Shown: positions 30,633 to 40,186 of the stretch, one piece after another
Layout: every line of letters begins with the position of its first letter
How positions within the stretch are numbered: position 1 is the first letter of the stretch
Assembly (NCBI GenBank): GCA_963737155.1
Contig: CAVTRN010000002.1
Span: 896,001 to 960,000 of the forward strand
Direction: 5' to 3'
DNA: 64,000 nucleotides
DNA from: Nitrospirota bacterium
GTDB taxonomy: Bacteria > Nitrospirota > UBA9217
Translations under genes and position numbers: made by a program
The notes under the pieces: model-generated
What the model was told of the DNA's origin: nothing
What the model saw: only the letters and a program-made list of their open reading frames with translations
Databases searched by the model: none

Positions 30633-30661
30633 TTGACAATTATTAACACATATGTTAATAT
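30633..30661 (+). promoter_or_regulatory. Sigma-70 promoter and operator palindrome of the TA operon
   Basis: TTGACA-17 nt-TAATAT; TATTAACA-cata-TGTTAATA palindrome 30641-30660; ATG begins 7 nt after the -10. Confidence 0.75.
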
Positions 30662-30667
30662 CCAACC

Positions 30668-30994
30668 ATGAGTTGGACGGTTACGTACTATAACGAGCAA
30701 GTTAGGAAAGCCGTTTATTCCGTGCCACGCGGTATTCTTGCTCGATACTTGCGCTATGTAGAATTGATGGAGAAACATGGTGTCGATTTAAGAGCTCCCC
30801 ATTCAGAACCCATGGGAGAAGGATTATTTGAATTGAGACCTAAATCACGGGAAGGCATTGGCCGGGTACTTTACTGTACTTTAGCAGGGAGCACAGTTGT
30901 AATACTTCATTCAATTGTAAAGAAGACTCAAAAGACACCACAAAAAGATATAGATATAGCGCGACAGCGTATGCGGGAGGTCAAAAATGGATAA
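30668..30994 (+). CDS. Type II toxin, RelE/ParE (Gp49/HigB-like)
   Basis: PHSEPMGEGLFELR...GRVLY...LHSIVKKTQKTP..DIDIARQR. Confidence 0.9.
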   Translation: MSWTVTYYNEQVRKAVYSVPRGILARYLRYVELMEKHGVDLRAPHSEPMGEGLFELRPKSREGIGRVLYCTLAGSTVVILHSIVKKTQKTPQKDIDIARQRMREVKNG

Positions 30995-31301
30995 ACGTAA
31001 TAAATATAAACCAGTAAAGCATACAAAGGAAGACACGGCCAAACTGCTTGCTTCTGATCCGAAATTAAAAGCCGCCTATGATGCGCTTGAGGATGAATTC
31101 GGCGCACTTGATGCGCTTTTAACAGCGCGTCGTAAAGCGGGGCTTAGTCAAGCAGAGGTTGCCCGGCGCATGGGAATGAAATCGTCATCGCTGGCGCGTA
31201 TTGAAACATCACTTGGAAATCGTAAACATTCACCGTCGTTAGAAACATTACGCAGATATGCCGAAGCTTGCGGTAAAAAACTCATAATAAAGATTGCTTG
31301 A
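30987..31301 (+). CDS. HTH (XRE) antitoxin, HigA-like
   Basis: ARRKAGLSQAEVARRMG...LARIE...SPSLETLRRYAEACG; overlaps toxin stop. Confidence 0.9.
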   Translation: MDKRNKYKPVKHTKEDTAKLLASDPKLKAAYDALEDEFGALDALLTARRKAGLSQAEVARRMGMKSSSLARIETSLGNRKHSPSLETLRRYAEACGKKLIIKIA

Positions 31302-31844
31302 TCATTGGGGAAAAACTCCCATAATCGAGATGGTCGAGCAGGGACAACTGTAGACAAAATCAACCACTAAATCCGATTTAGTGAAGTGCATGCGCGGTGG
31401 CAGAAATTTGCAAAACCAACCAGTAAATCCGAATACCTAAAAAGATGGGCAGCGAACTGGAAACTAGAAGCTTCATATCTCTTTTCCCTGCTGCTCGTCC
31501 TGGTATTTCCTTTTTCCCTGATCAACTTCGTCGCAGACTACCCAAAATGCCCTTGCGGATATTCCTTCTCGGTATCGTGATTGACATTCCGGGCAGCTTC
31601 GTGTACTCCAACATGGCAGCCGGCCTTGCAACGATCACACGCACGAATGAAATTACATCTCCTCACGGGCTCGTTTTTTACCCCTGCTTGGAATCTTCAC
31701 CCTCGTCCCACGGCCTATTAGGAATCCAGGAGGAAAAGAAAAAAAATATCTTTAGTCTGTCGAAAAAAACGGATAATTGTGCTATTATATTGCGGCAAAC
31801 AAGGGGAGTTTAGTCGACTCTTCTCAGGAGCACGGAATTCCGTC

Positions 31845-32483
31845 ATGAATTTGAAAAAAACTGCTGTTGGTTTCTTCCTCGTCGTATGCTTTACAGCAGG
31901 CAGCTATTATTATCTTGATCAGCCGATTGCCCTGTTTGTAAAAGATGTCTTTCTGTCCGGCAGAGAACAGACTCTTTTTTCGGCAAACATTTTCGACGCG
32001 TTACTTCCGATGGTATTTATCATTGCGGCTATTGCGTGGGTTCTCTACTTTCGCGACAAGCGTCACGGTGCATTCGGAATCCGCACGGCTTTCTCTCTGC
32101 TTGTCGGCACTTCGCTTCCCATTGCCTTTGTTCTGAAATCCCTGCTGAAGTTCCTGTTTGGCGGTATCGCCACGCGTTTCTGGCTGGCCTGCAACGTTGT
32201 CAGGGAGTTCCACTGGTTTCACGGTGTCGACGCATACGTCGGCTTTCCTTCCGGTCATATGATTGTCTTTACGGTCCTCCTGATGGACTTGGGGAAATAT
32301 TATCCACGATACCGCTGGGCCTGTGCCGGATCTTTATTCTTGCTGGCGCTGGCGCTCATTGTGACGGACTATCATTTCCTGAGCGATGTCATCGCGGGAA
32401 CTTATTTCGGCGGCCTCATTCATTTTGGCACGGACCACAGTTTGGCTTTATTACACAAATCTGGCATAAATGACCGAAAATAG
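31845..32483 (+). CDS. PAP2-family membrane phosphatase
   Basis: LKFLFG, GFPSGH, HFLSDVIAG motifs with TMs. Confidence 0.85.
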   Translation: MNLKKTAVGFFLVVCFTAGSYYYLDQPIALFVKDVFLSGREQTLFSANIFDALLPMVFIIAAIAWVLYFRDKRHGAFGIRTAFSLLVGTSLPIAFVLKSLLKFLFGGIATRFWLACNVVREFHWFHGVDAYVGFPSGHMIVFTVLLMDLGKYYPRYRWACAGSLFLLALALIVTDYHFLSDVIAGTYFGGLIHFGTDHSLALLHKSGINDRK

Positions 32484-32539
32484 GGAATCGATGCCGGTTC
32501 TCCTGTCCTTGATTTCCATGGTGCAAACCCAGCATTTGG

Positions 32540-32568
32540 TTGACAGCTTGCCAGTCTTAAGTTATGAT
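32540..32568 (+). promoter_or_regulatory. Sigma-70 promoter upstream of the sensor kinase (leader of about 200 nt)
   Basis: TTGACA-17 nt-TATGAT. Confidence 0.6.
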
Positions 32569-32779
32569 ACCAAGGCCTGTAACCGGCTTCAGCGGTTTAC
32601 GGGCCTGCGGCTAGCACGATTGGACAGGACCCTCATTGAGAGGAGGGGTACGGGGAGGATGAGCTCTCCGGCACTTGTTCGCGTTGCCCTCTCCCAACCG
32701 CCCTTATCAGGGGAGGATTCCGATGAATGTATTTTTTCTCATGCCTCGTAGTGGTGCAGGTCGCTGAAGGGATCCAACG

Positions 32780-34663
32780 TTGAAAAAAAAGATTGTTATA
32801 ACACTGATTACGGCCTGTCTGGTTGCTCTTATTGGCGGCGCCTCACTACTGGTCCTGATAGACCATGCGGCGTCGAACTATGACGAGTTGATCATGCTGC
32901 ACCAGGTGGAAATCCTGCGGCAGCAGTTGTTGCTTGAGATCCGCAAGGTGGAAGCGGATTTGTCCTCGCAGTACACGCGGCATCCCCAATCGGATGGCAC
33001 CGTAAATAAACATATCACGGTCATGGGAAGCGTTGTTAAGTCTTGCTCCGGGTGTCACCACTCACCGAGTGTGACGGCAAAAATCGAAGATCTGCAGCAT
33101 CATGCCGATGAATACAGCCGCGCAGTAGACAAGGCCTTCAGGGGACCGTCAGTTGGTCTTGTGCGAAAGGCAAAAAGAGGTCGACGGAAACAGGCAATAG
33201 CCCGGGGGAACCGTCCGGGGGATCTGGAGCAGGCAAGTCTCATTGGCAATTCACTGGTCAGCAAGGTAGATTCCATAATTGTTCTGACCAAGGAACAGCT
33301 CGATGAAAAGACCAGACAAGCCGCACTGGATACCTCTCGCACGAAAATTATCGTGCTCATGGTTGTTGCCGCCGGTCCTATTCTATTCGTTCTGTTCGGC
33401 TTACTGGCGGGCAGAAGCCTTACGAAACCGATCAGCATCCTGGTCAACGCAGCGAGAGAATTGAAAGGCGGTGTCCTGGACCACCGAATCACCGGGCTCA
33501 AGGACGAATTCGCTGAACTGGCAGTGGCTTTCAACGACATGGCCGTATCCTTGAAAGACAACATAACGGCCATTGAAGAGAGTGAGGGGCGGTACCGCCA
33601 TCTGTTCGACAGCGCCTCCGACGCCATTTTCGTCCTGGATGTGGAAGGTGACCAGGCCGGTAAAATTCTGCAGGTTAATAATGCCGGTGCGCAGATGCAC
33701 GGCTATACTGTTGAAGAACTCTTGAAAATGAACGTCAACGAGCTTAATAGTTCCGATTCGGCGCTGGGGTTCGCATCCCGCATACAGCGGATTCTGGGTG
33801 GACAGAGGATCCAGGTGGAGCTGAACCATCGAAGAAAAGACGGCACGATATTTCCCGTCGAGACCAGCGCGGGATTATTCGAGGTTGGCAGCCGTAAATA
33901 TATTCTCGTCATCGACCGTGAGATAATCGAGAGAAAGCAGGCCGAAGAGGCCCTCCAGCGGGCGCAGCAGATCCGGACTTCGGCGGAACTGGCCACGGGC
34001 ATGGCCCATGAAATAAAAAACCCGCTCGCTGGCATCAAACTGTCGATCGAGATTCTTTTGGAGGAACCGCAGCTGTCGGAGGAAAACAAAACCCTCATAA
34101 GGAAAGTAATCGACGAAATCAAGCGCATTGAACATCTGATGAAGGGCTTGCTCAGTTTTGCCAGACCTCCCAAACCGCAGCTGGCGAATACCGATGTCTG
34201 TGAAGTCCTTGAAGCGGTGATGAGCCTGGCGTTGCACAGCCGTCCGTCTTTGCGGGAAAAAGCAGGCTCCATTCAACTCGTGAAGGTTTTCGGGCAGCGT
34301 CTGCCGACAACCTATGCTGACCCCATGCAGCTGAAGCAGGTCTTCATGAACCTGCTTCTGAATGCGGTCGACGCGATGCCGGGCGGAGGAACCGTTACCG
34401 TCAAGACGTCGTTCGACCCATCATCTTTCAATATTATCGTCGACATTTCTGACACGGGGTCGGGGATAGATGCGGCTGTATTGCCTGAGTTGTTCAAACC
34501 TTTTTACACGACAAAGCCCAAGGGAACCGGGTTGGGGCTTGCGACATCCAAGCGGCTGATCGAGGAGCACGGCGGAACTATACGTATCGAAAACAACGCA
34601 GAACACGGTGCCACGGTGCGTGTCAAACTCCCTGCGATAACTTCGGAAAGGATGACGGCCTAG
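32780..34663 (+). CDS. Sensor histidine kinase: periplasmic heme-c sensor, HAMP, PAS, HisKA, HATPase
   Basis: CSGCH between two TMs; DEFAELAVAFNDM; GYTVEELL...HRRKDG; MAHEIKNPL; NLLLNA, DTGSG, GTGLGL. Confidence 0.92.
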   Translation: MKKKIVITLITACLVALIGGASLLVLIDHAASNYDELIMLHQVEILRQQLLLEIRKVEADLSSQYTRHPQSDGTVNKHITVMGSVVKSCSGCHHSPSVTAKIEDLQHHADEYSRAVDKAFRGPSVGLVRKAKRGRRKQAIARGNRPGDLEQASLIGNSLVSKVDSIIVLTKEQLDEKTRQAALDTSRTKIIVLMVVAAGPILFVLFGLLAGRSLTKPISILVNAARELKGGVLDHRITGLKDEFAELAVAFNDMAVSLKDNITAIEESEGRYRHLFDSASDAIFVLDVEGDQAGKILQVNNAGAQMHGYTVEELLKMNVNELNSSDSALGFASRIQRILGGQRIQVELNHRRKDGTIFPVETSAGLFEVGSRKYILVIDREIIERKQAEEALQRAQQIRTSAELATGMAHEIKNPLAGIKLSIEILLEEPQLSEENKTLIRKVIDEIKRIEHLMKGLLSFARPPKPQLANTDVCEVLEAVMSLALHSRPSLREKAGSIQLVKVFGQRLPTTYADPMQLKQVFMNLLLNAVDAMPGGGTVTVKTSFDPSSFNIIVDISDTGSGIDAAVLPELFKPFYTTKPKGTGLGLATSKRLIEEHGGTIRIENNAEHGATVRVKLPAITSERMTA

Positions 34664-34946
34664 TCAATTACCCACCACCTAACTCGTTGAGTTGAGGTGG
34701 GGGCTTGTAACGGCCATGCATTAAGGCTTTTGCAGGCCCATTTGACTAGGGGGCTGATTTAGCTTATCGGCAGCAGTTGTCAAGGTCACGACACCATGGG
34801 GCATTCCGCACACTCCATGCAACTGTCGCCGGCGATTAAAAGTCCAAAGGGGTTAGCGGACGGTGTCGCCGGCACGAAAAGCCTTTACAACAGCCCCGAT
34901 GCGGTGCAGGTCTTTACGACTGCAACTCTGAAAGGAGGGACAGAAC
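34663..34946 (+). ncRNA. omegaRNA (HEARO-like) scaffold; guide predicted in upstream flank about 34640-34662
   Basis: GTCAA...TTGAC pairing, multiple hairpins (e.g. TGTCGCCGGC repeat arms), about 280 nt directly 5' of iscB. Confidence 0.8.
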
Positions 34947-36182
34947 TTGAGAGTATCTGTCTATGTTTTAAACAGGCGAGGGCAACCGCTCATGCCGTGC
35001 TTGCCACGGAAGGCACGAGTGTTATTAAGAAGCAAAAAAGCAAAGGTGTACCAGAGAACCCCGTTTACGATTCAGCTTACAGGGACAACGGGTGAAGCGA
35101 AACAGCCAGTTACTCTCGGCGTCGATTCTGGCTACGTCCACGTCGGGCTGTCTGCAGTAACGCCGAAGCAAGAAGTTTATGCCGCCGCCGTTCATCTTCG
35201 CGAGGACATCGTAAAGTTGAATTCCGAACGTCGGATGTACCGCAAAACGAGACGCGGCCGCAAGACCTGGTATCGTCAACCGCGCTTCCTTAACCGCAAA
35301 AAGCCGGAAGGCTGGCTCGCGCCGTCGATTCAGCACAAACTTGACAGCCAGATCAAGCTAGTGCAGAATACGGCGGTGATATTGCCCCTTTCCAAAGTTA
35401 TCGTCGAGGTTGCTGCGTTCGATATCCAAAAGATTAAAGAACCGACGATTTCAGGCGCTGGTTACCAAAACGGGCCACAAAAGGATTTTGCCAACGTGCG
35501 CGAATACGTCCTTTACCGCGACGGGCACACCTGCCGGCACTGCAAAGGCAAATCGAAAGACCCAATACTCGAGGTCCATCACATCGTCTCTCGGCAGATC
35601 GGCGGTGACCGTCTGGACAATCTGGCGACGCTCTGCAAGACGTGCCATGATAAGCATACGACGGGCAAGTTAGTTCTGAACCTCAAGCCCTCAAACGGGT
35701 TTAAAGCTGAGACCTTTATGTCCATAGTGAGGTGGAAAATCGTCGATCGCTTGCAGGCGCTGGGCTTTGCTGCATCTCACACCTACGGCTACATCACCAA
35801 GCAGGATCGCAAAACACTTGCACTGCCCAAGTCTCACATCAACGACGCTTTCGTAATCGCCTACGGCGCGGACCAAAGCCGGGCAATAGGCACATTTTTT
35901 ATCCAGCAGGTCAGAAAAAGTAACCGGAAACTGTTCAAGGGCGATCGCAGTCACATCAAAAACACCGCGCCGAGGTTCATCCACGGGTTCCAACGGTTCG
36001 ACAAAGTGCAGTGGGACGGCAAAGAATGTTTTATTTTCGGCAGACGTTCAAGCGGATATTTCGATGTCCGTAACCTTGACGGGGCAAAGCTTCATGCTTC
36101 TGCCAAACACAACGATTTAACGCTCTTAGAAAGGTCGTCTACGCTATTAATCGAAAGGAAAAGCGCAAGGATGCATGTGTAA
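34947..36182 (+). CDS. iscB: RNA-guided endonuclease IscB
   Basis: PLMP, RuvC-I LGVDSG, Arg-rich bridge helix, RuvC-II VIVE, HNH (CRHC...EVHH...DNLATLCKTCH), RuvC-III SHINDA; AGGAGG plus TTG start. Confidence 0.95.
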   Translation: MRVSVYVLNRRGQPLMPCLPRKARVLLRSKKAKVYQRTPFTIQLTGTTGEAKQPVTLGVDSGYVHVGLSAVTPKQEVYAAAVHLREDIVKLNSERRMYRKTRRGRKTWYRQPRFLNRKKPEGWLAPSIQHKLDSQIKLVQNTAVILPLSKVIVEVAAFDIQKIKEPTISGAGYQNGPQKDFANVREYVLYRDGHTCRHCKGKSKDPILEVHHIVSRQIGGDRLDNLATLCKTCHDKHTTGKLVLNLKPSNGFKAETFMSIVRWKIVDRLQALGFAASHTYGYITKQDRKTLALPKSHINDAFVIAYGADQSRAIGTFFIQQVRKSNRKLFKGDRSHIKNTAPRFIHGFQRFDKVQWDGKECFIFGRRSSGYFDVRNLDGAKLHASAKHNDLTLLERSSTLLIERKSARMHV

Positions 36183-36252
36183 CTGCATGGCAATTCCTCC
36201 CGCAACCTCTATGTAAATCAAGTAGGTTGGGGTATCCTTGCCACAAAAATAG

Positions 36253-37642
36253 ATGAAGGACCAGCAGAAGATTTATCTCATTGACGATGATGAGCTTATT
36301 GTGTCCATGCTCTCCCGGGTACTTAAAAGCAACGGGTATGAGGTTCGGACTGCGACCGGCACCGATGGCATCGTGAGCAAGATTAAAGCTTGGTCACCCG
36401 CCGTGGTCATGCTTGACATCCGGATCGCTGACCAGAGCGGCATCGATGTCCTGAAGGAGATCGTCAAGCAGGATCTGCCGACTCAGGTGGTCATGCTGAC
36501 AGCCGATGATACGGCGGAAACCGCAGTAAGGGCGATGAAACTGGGTGCCGCTGATTATCTCACGAAGCCGTTCAATGTCGAGGAGGTGAAAATTGTACTC
36601 CAGAACATCATTGAAAAGGGGAAGCTGAAGCAGGAAGTCCTCTATCTGAGGAAGGTCCAATCCGAAGTCTTCGAGAAGGAAATCATAGGCACGTCGAAAA
36701 AGATCCAGGATCTGAAGTCAAAAATAGAGAGGATGGCCGAGGCTTCCGTCTCAACGGTGCTGATCACCGGAGAGAGCGGTACGGGCAAGGAGTTGTTCGC
36801 ACGCTACGCCCATCGCATGCTCCATCAATCCTCCGGCAGCGGTTTTGCACCATTCATCAAGGTCAACTGCGCCGCCCTGCCTGAAACGCTCCTGGAGAGT
36901 GAGTTGTTCGGGTATGAAAAAGGGTCGTTTACCGATGCGAAGTCGGACAAGAAGGGGTTGTTCGAAATGGCGCAGGGCGGTTCCATTCTTCTTGATGAAA
37001 TCGGCGATATGAAGCAAACCCTCCAGGGCAAGATGCTTCGGGTGCTTGAAGAGCGGACAGTGAGGCCGGTGGGCGGCAGCGAGGAAATACCGATTGATGT
37101 CACGGTGATCGCCACGACGAACAGGAATCTGGCGGAATCCGTGGACCAGGGGACATTCAGAATCGATTTATTCTTCCGGTTGAGCACGTTCTACCTGCAC
37201 ATACCGCCGCTAAGGGAGCGTCAGGAAGATATCCCGTATATCATACAGCATTATCTGTCTCAGTTCACGACGCGGTATCAACGAAAATCCATAACGCGCG
37301 TTTCTCCCGAAGCGGAGAAGATCCTTACCTCTTACCGCTGGCCGGGGAACATCAGGGAGCTAAGAAACCTGCTGGAGCGGCTCGTGGTTCTTGAAGGAGC
37401 GGAGGAGATCGTGCCCGAGCATCTGCCGAACTGGCTGACCACTAGCGCGGGTATCGACACGCCCGCCCCCGGGGGGACGGATCTCGCTTCCGACGCAGGG
37501 CATATCTTTTAATGAGCTGGAAAAGGATCTCATTAGCCAAGCGCTTGAGCGGACAAGCAATAATAAAACGCAGGCCGCGAAACTCCTGGGTCTCAGCTAT
37601 GATGCCTTTCGTTATCAAGTGAAAAAGTTCGGGTTGGAATGA
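36253..37642 (+). CDS. NtrC-family sigma-54 activator (REC-AAA+-Fis HTH), frameshifted at C5G6 run 37466-37476
   Basis: REC VMLDI; GESGTGKE; GSFTDA; LLDEIG; WPGNIREL. ORF stops at 37512; HTH (LEKDLISQALERTSNNKTQAAKLLGLSYDAFRYQVKKFG*) continues in another frame to 37642. Confidence 0.85.
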
Positions 37643-37919
37643 TCTGACAGGTCCCGGTTGTATAGAGCCGGGGTTTACAGCATACTTGCGGGTCCACCTC
37701 AATAAAAGATAGAGCGCGGTTTGCCCGGTTCAGGTTATCCTTCTGCGACGTAAAACTTCGTCTTATCATGCCGGTGAGGATATGAAAGCGTCGGGATAAA
37801 ACGGCATAGAGTCAGGAGTGGAAGTCTCATACATGAGAGGATGAGCTGATCCGTCATGGCTTCGAGGCCTGCGCGGGGAGCCGTGAGATTGCACGTGAAG
37901 AGTTACGTTCCTGCCGCGA

Positions 37920-38609
37920 TCAAATAAACTGAATTCCCGCCCGATAGCGGTCACTCGCGCTTGAGGGTGTTACCCACCGAACAATACCGCGGACGTGCTC
38001 GCTTTCGTTCTTGAGCCTGATGATCCGGCCCGGCTCGATATAGGCGTTTGTCGTGATGCCGAGGCCATTCACGCAGATATCGACCGTATCGGCATAACAA
38101 CGATGCCGATCATCCTCCGAATCGGTAGAGAGAATGGTGTAATTCCACGGGTTTGTAAAGGGCTTCCGGTCATGGAGCCTTTTCTCTCCGCTAAGCCTGG
38201 TCATCAGGAAGTTGTGATCCTGGTAGGTATCTATGTGTTTTCCCAGAATTTCCTCCACCACCGCTTTTACCTGAAAAAGATTAAACGGCTTGGCCAGGAG
38301 ATGAAGCGCATGCTCGCGAACGGCTTTCAGCGTGGCGTCATCGGGATGGCTGCCATCCATCATGATGATGCCTGCCCTGGGAGCTTTCTCTCTGATTACT
38401 TTCATCAGGTCAAGGCCGCTCATGTCGGGAAGGAGAAGGGCAAGTAAGCAGAGATCGACTGAGAACGCCTCGATCCATTTGAGCGCATCTGTCCCGGTTG
38501 ATGCGTGTAAAATGACGGTGCAATCATCGCTTAGCAGCGGAGACAGCAGGGAATAGGTCAAATTGTCGTCGTCGACGATAAGGATGAACTTTTTCATAGC
38601 TTGAGTCAC
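37920..38609 (-). CDS. Pseudo-receiver plus PilZ domain protein
   Basis: IVDDD...LCLLALLLPD (Asp replaced by Ala), KPF; RLHDR, DICVNG, GIVRW, YRAGIQF. Confidence 0.75.
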   Translation of the reverse strand: MTQAMKKFILIVDDDNLTYSLLSPLLSDDCTVILHASTGTDALKWIEAFSVDLCLLALLLPDMSGLDLMKVIREKAPRAGIIMMDGSHPDDATLKAVREHALHLLAKPFNLFQVKAVVEEILGKHIDTYQDHNFLMTRLSGEKRLHDRKPFTNPWNYTILSTDSEDDRHRCYADTVDICVNGLGITTNAYIEPGRIIRLKNESEHVRGIVRWVTPSSASDRYRAGIQFI

Positions 38610-38741
38610 GGGACTGCGGTAACAGTTTCCAGTAAACGGTCCCTCGGGAATGAAGAAGCACGGTTCAAGACTTATCTTAGTGGTGCATCAAACTGTGTTT
38701 CTTGCGGCGGAACCCGTGGTTGAGTTCTGGCTGGATTTGCA

Positions 38742-39470
38742 TTAGTGCGGAATGTTATCCGGCGATACGAATTGAATTCCCGCCCTGTACGCTGCCATGG
38801 CGTCGGAGTATTCGCTCCATCGGACCACGCCTCTGCCGTGTACTGGCGCTTCGCTTAACCGGATAAAGTGCCCCGGTTGCAGTTTATGATCGGTAAGGAT
38901 GCCCATGCCTGCCTCGCTGACATCGACAATGCTGGCGGAAACGAGTGTGGCGGTCCTGTCGTCGTCATGCGGGGCGACCGCGTAACAGGTGATTTTGTTG
39001 GTGATCGGCTTCCGCGGGTGTTTTCTGGTATCATCGCAAACCCAGTGAACCGAGGGGATCCCGTATCCAGCCGCGACGCTGTCCTCTCCGGCCGGGTGTT
39101 TTCCAATGGAAAGGACCCAACCGGCCAGCTTCTTGACCTGTTCAAGTTCAAAGGGCTTGGAAATCAGACAATGCGCGTTTTCGCGGACCGCTTTAATGAT
39201 TGCATCCGTGATTTCGCTTCCCGTCATCATGATGATGCGTGTTTGGGGAGAAACATCGCGCAGCTTTTTCATGATATCCAAGCCGTTGATGTCCGGGAGG
39301 TGCATATCAATAAAGCAGAGGTCGAAATGGTTTTCGTCAATTGCCTTTAGTGCCGATTTCCGGTCTGTCGCGGTTATTATTTCTCTATCGCCGTTGTGAA
39401 AGACTGTGGAAAGCGATTCGCGAATTAAATCTTCATCATCAACGATAAGGAATTTTTTCATAGTTTGCAT
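38742..39470 (-). CDS. Response regulator receiver plus PilZ domain protein
   Basis: IVDDE...LCFIDMHLPD, KPF; RKHPR, DVSEAG, GVVRW, YRAGIQF. Confidence 0.8.
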   Translation of the reverse strand: MQTMKKFLIVDDEDLIRESLSTVFHNGDREIITATDRKSALKAIDENHFDLCFIDMHLPDINGLDIMKKLRDVSPQTRIIMMTGSEITDAIIKAVRENAHCLISKPFELEQVKKLAGWVLSIGKHPAGEDSVAAGYGIPSVHWVCDDTRKHPRKPITNKITCYAVAPHDDDRTATLVSASIVDVSEAGMGILTDHKLQPGHFIRLSEAPVHGRGVVRWSEYSDAMAAYRAGIQFVSPDNIPH

Positions 39471-39959
39471 ATATTAATTCATTTCCTCCGGATAAGATTT
39501 CCGATTGGATGATGAACATATGGAATCAGTTGTTATATAAAGCAATTATCATACCATATATTGTGGAGCCGGCAGAATTATTATTAACCCTTTTTTCCCG
39601 CCAAATGTGCATTTTTTTGATTTTATATCTGCTGCAGGTATATTTTCGACTCAAACTTAATGGTGAAATAACCTCTACTGCTGGTAATTTTACCAGCAAA
39701 AATGTGCAGCACATAAAATTAGAACTTTGCTTGGGATGAATTCATGTTTTCGGAGGTGCACGAACACTTTTTTTTGGAATATGATCATTATCATTATTTT
39801 AATTGTCATGGTGAACTTGTCCCTTATGTATTAGATTAAATATACATATCATATACTTAATCGTGGCGATATGACCTAATCTCTCTGGTTATTTAACCAC
39901 TTTTATTCGGAATGCCGGCATGAAAGTGACAAATTCATTGCTTTTATGACGAATTTTTT

Positions 39960-39976
39960 CCGGCATAATTATTGCT
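39960..39976 (+). promoter_or_regulatory. Putative sigma-54 promoter for the lipoprotein
   Basis: CCGGCATAATTATTGCT (GG-N10-GC) in an AT-rich intergenic region. Confidence 0.55.
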
Positions 39977-40186
39977 TTATAATAGAGCCGGATAGAAAGA
40001 GCCATATGCGTGATTTCTTAATAAAATAAAGCTGAGGTAGATGAATAGTGCGAAACAAAGAAGTTAATGGAGGCGGTAAAAAGGGAAAGCCATTAATCCA
40101 TCTTGACAAAAAGTAACTCTAGGATTAAGTTGGTAGACGTTTTATAAAAAGTTATGATTTTGGGTTGGAAGGAGAATCGGAAAATA

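Larger units (their letters stand above)
34663..36252 (+). mobile_element. Non-autonomous IS200/IS605-superfamily IscB element (omegaRNA + iscB, no tnpA)
   Basis: Starts GTCAATTACCC plus hairpin; ends GCAATTCCTCCC...GGGGTATCCTTGC hairpin (36190-36241); lies exactly between kinase stop and regulator ATG. Confidence 0.85.

Noticed and set aside
31330-31780. Possible second decayed antitoxin and short ORFs
   Set aside because: Only faint resemblance (MGSELE); not supportable by eye
32575-32779. 93-aa ORF or structured RNA upstream of the kinase
   Set aside because: ORF overlaps a good sigma-70 promoter and has no motif; no recognisable RNA family
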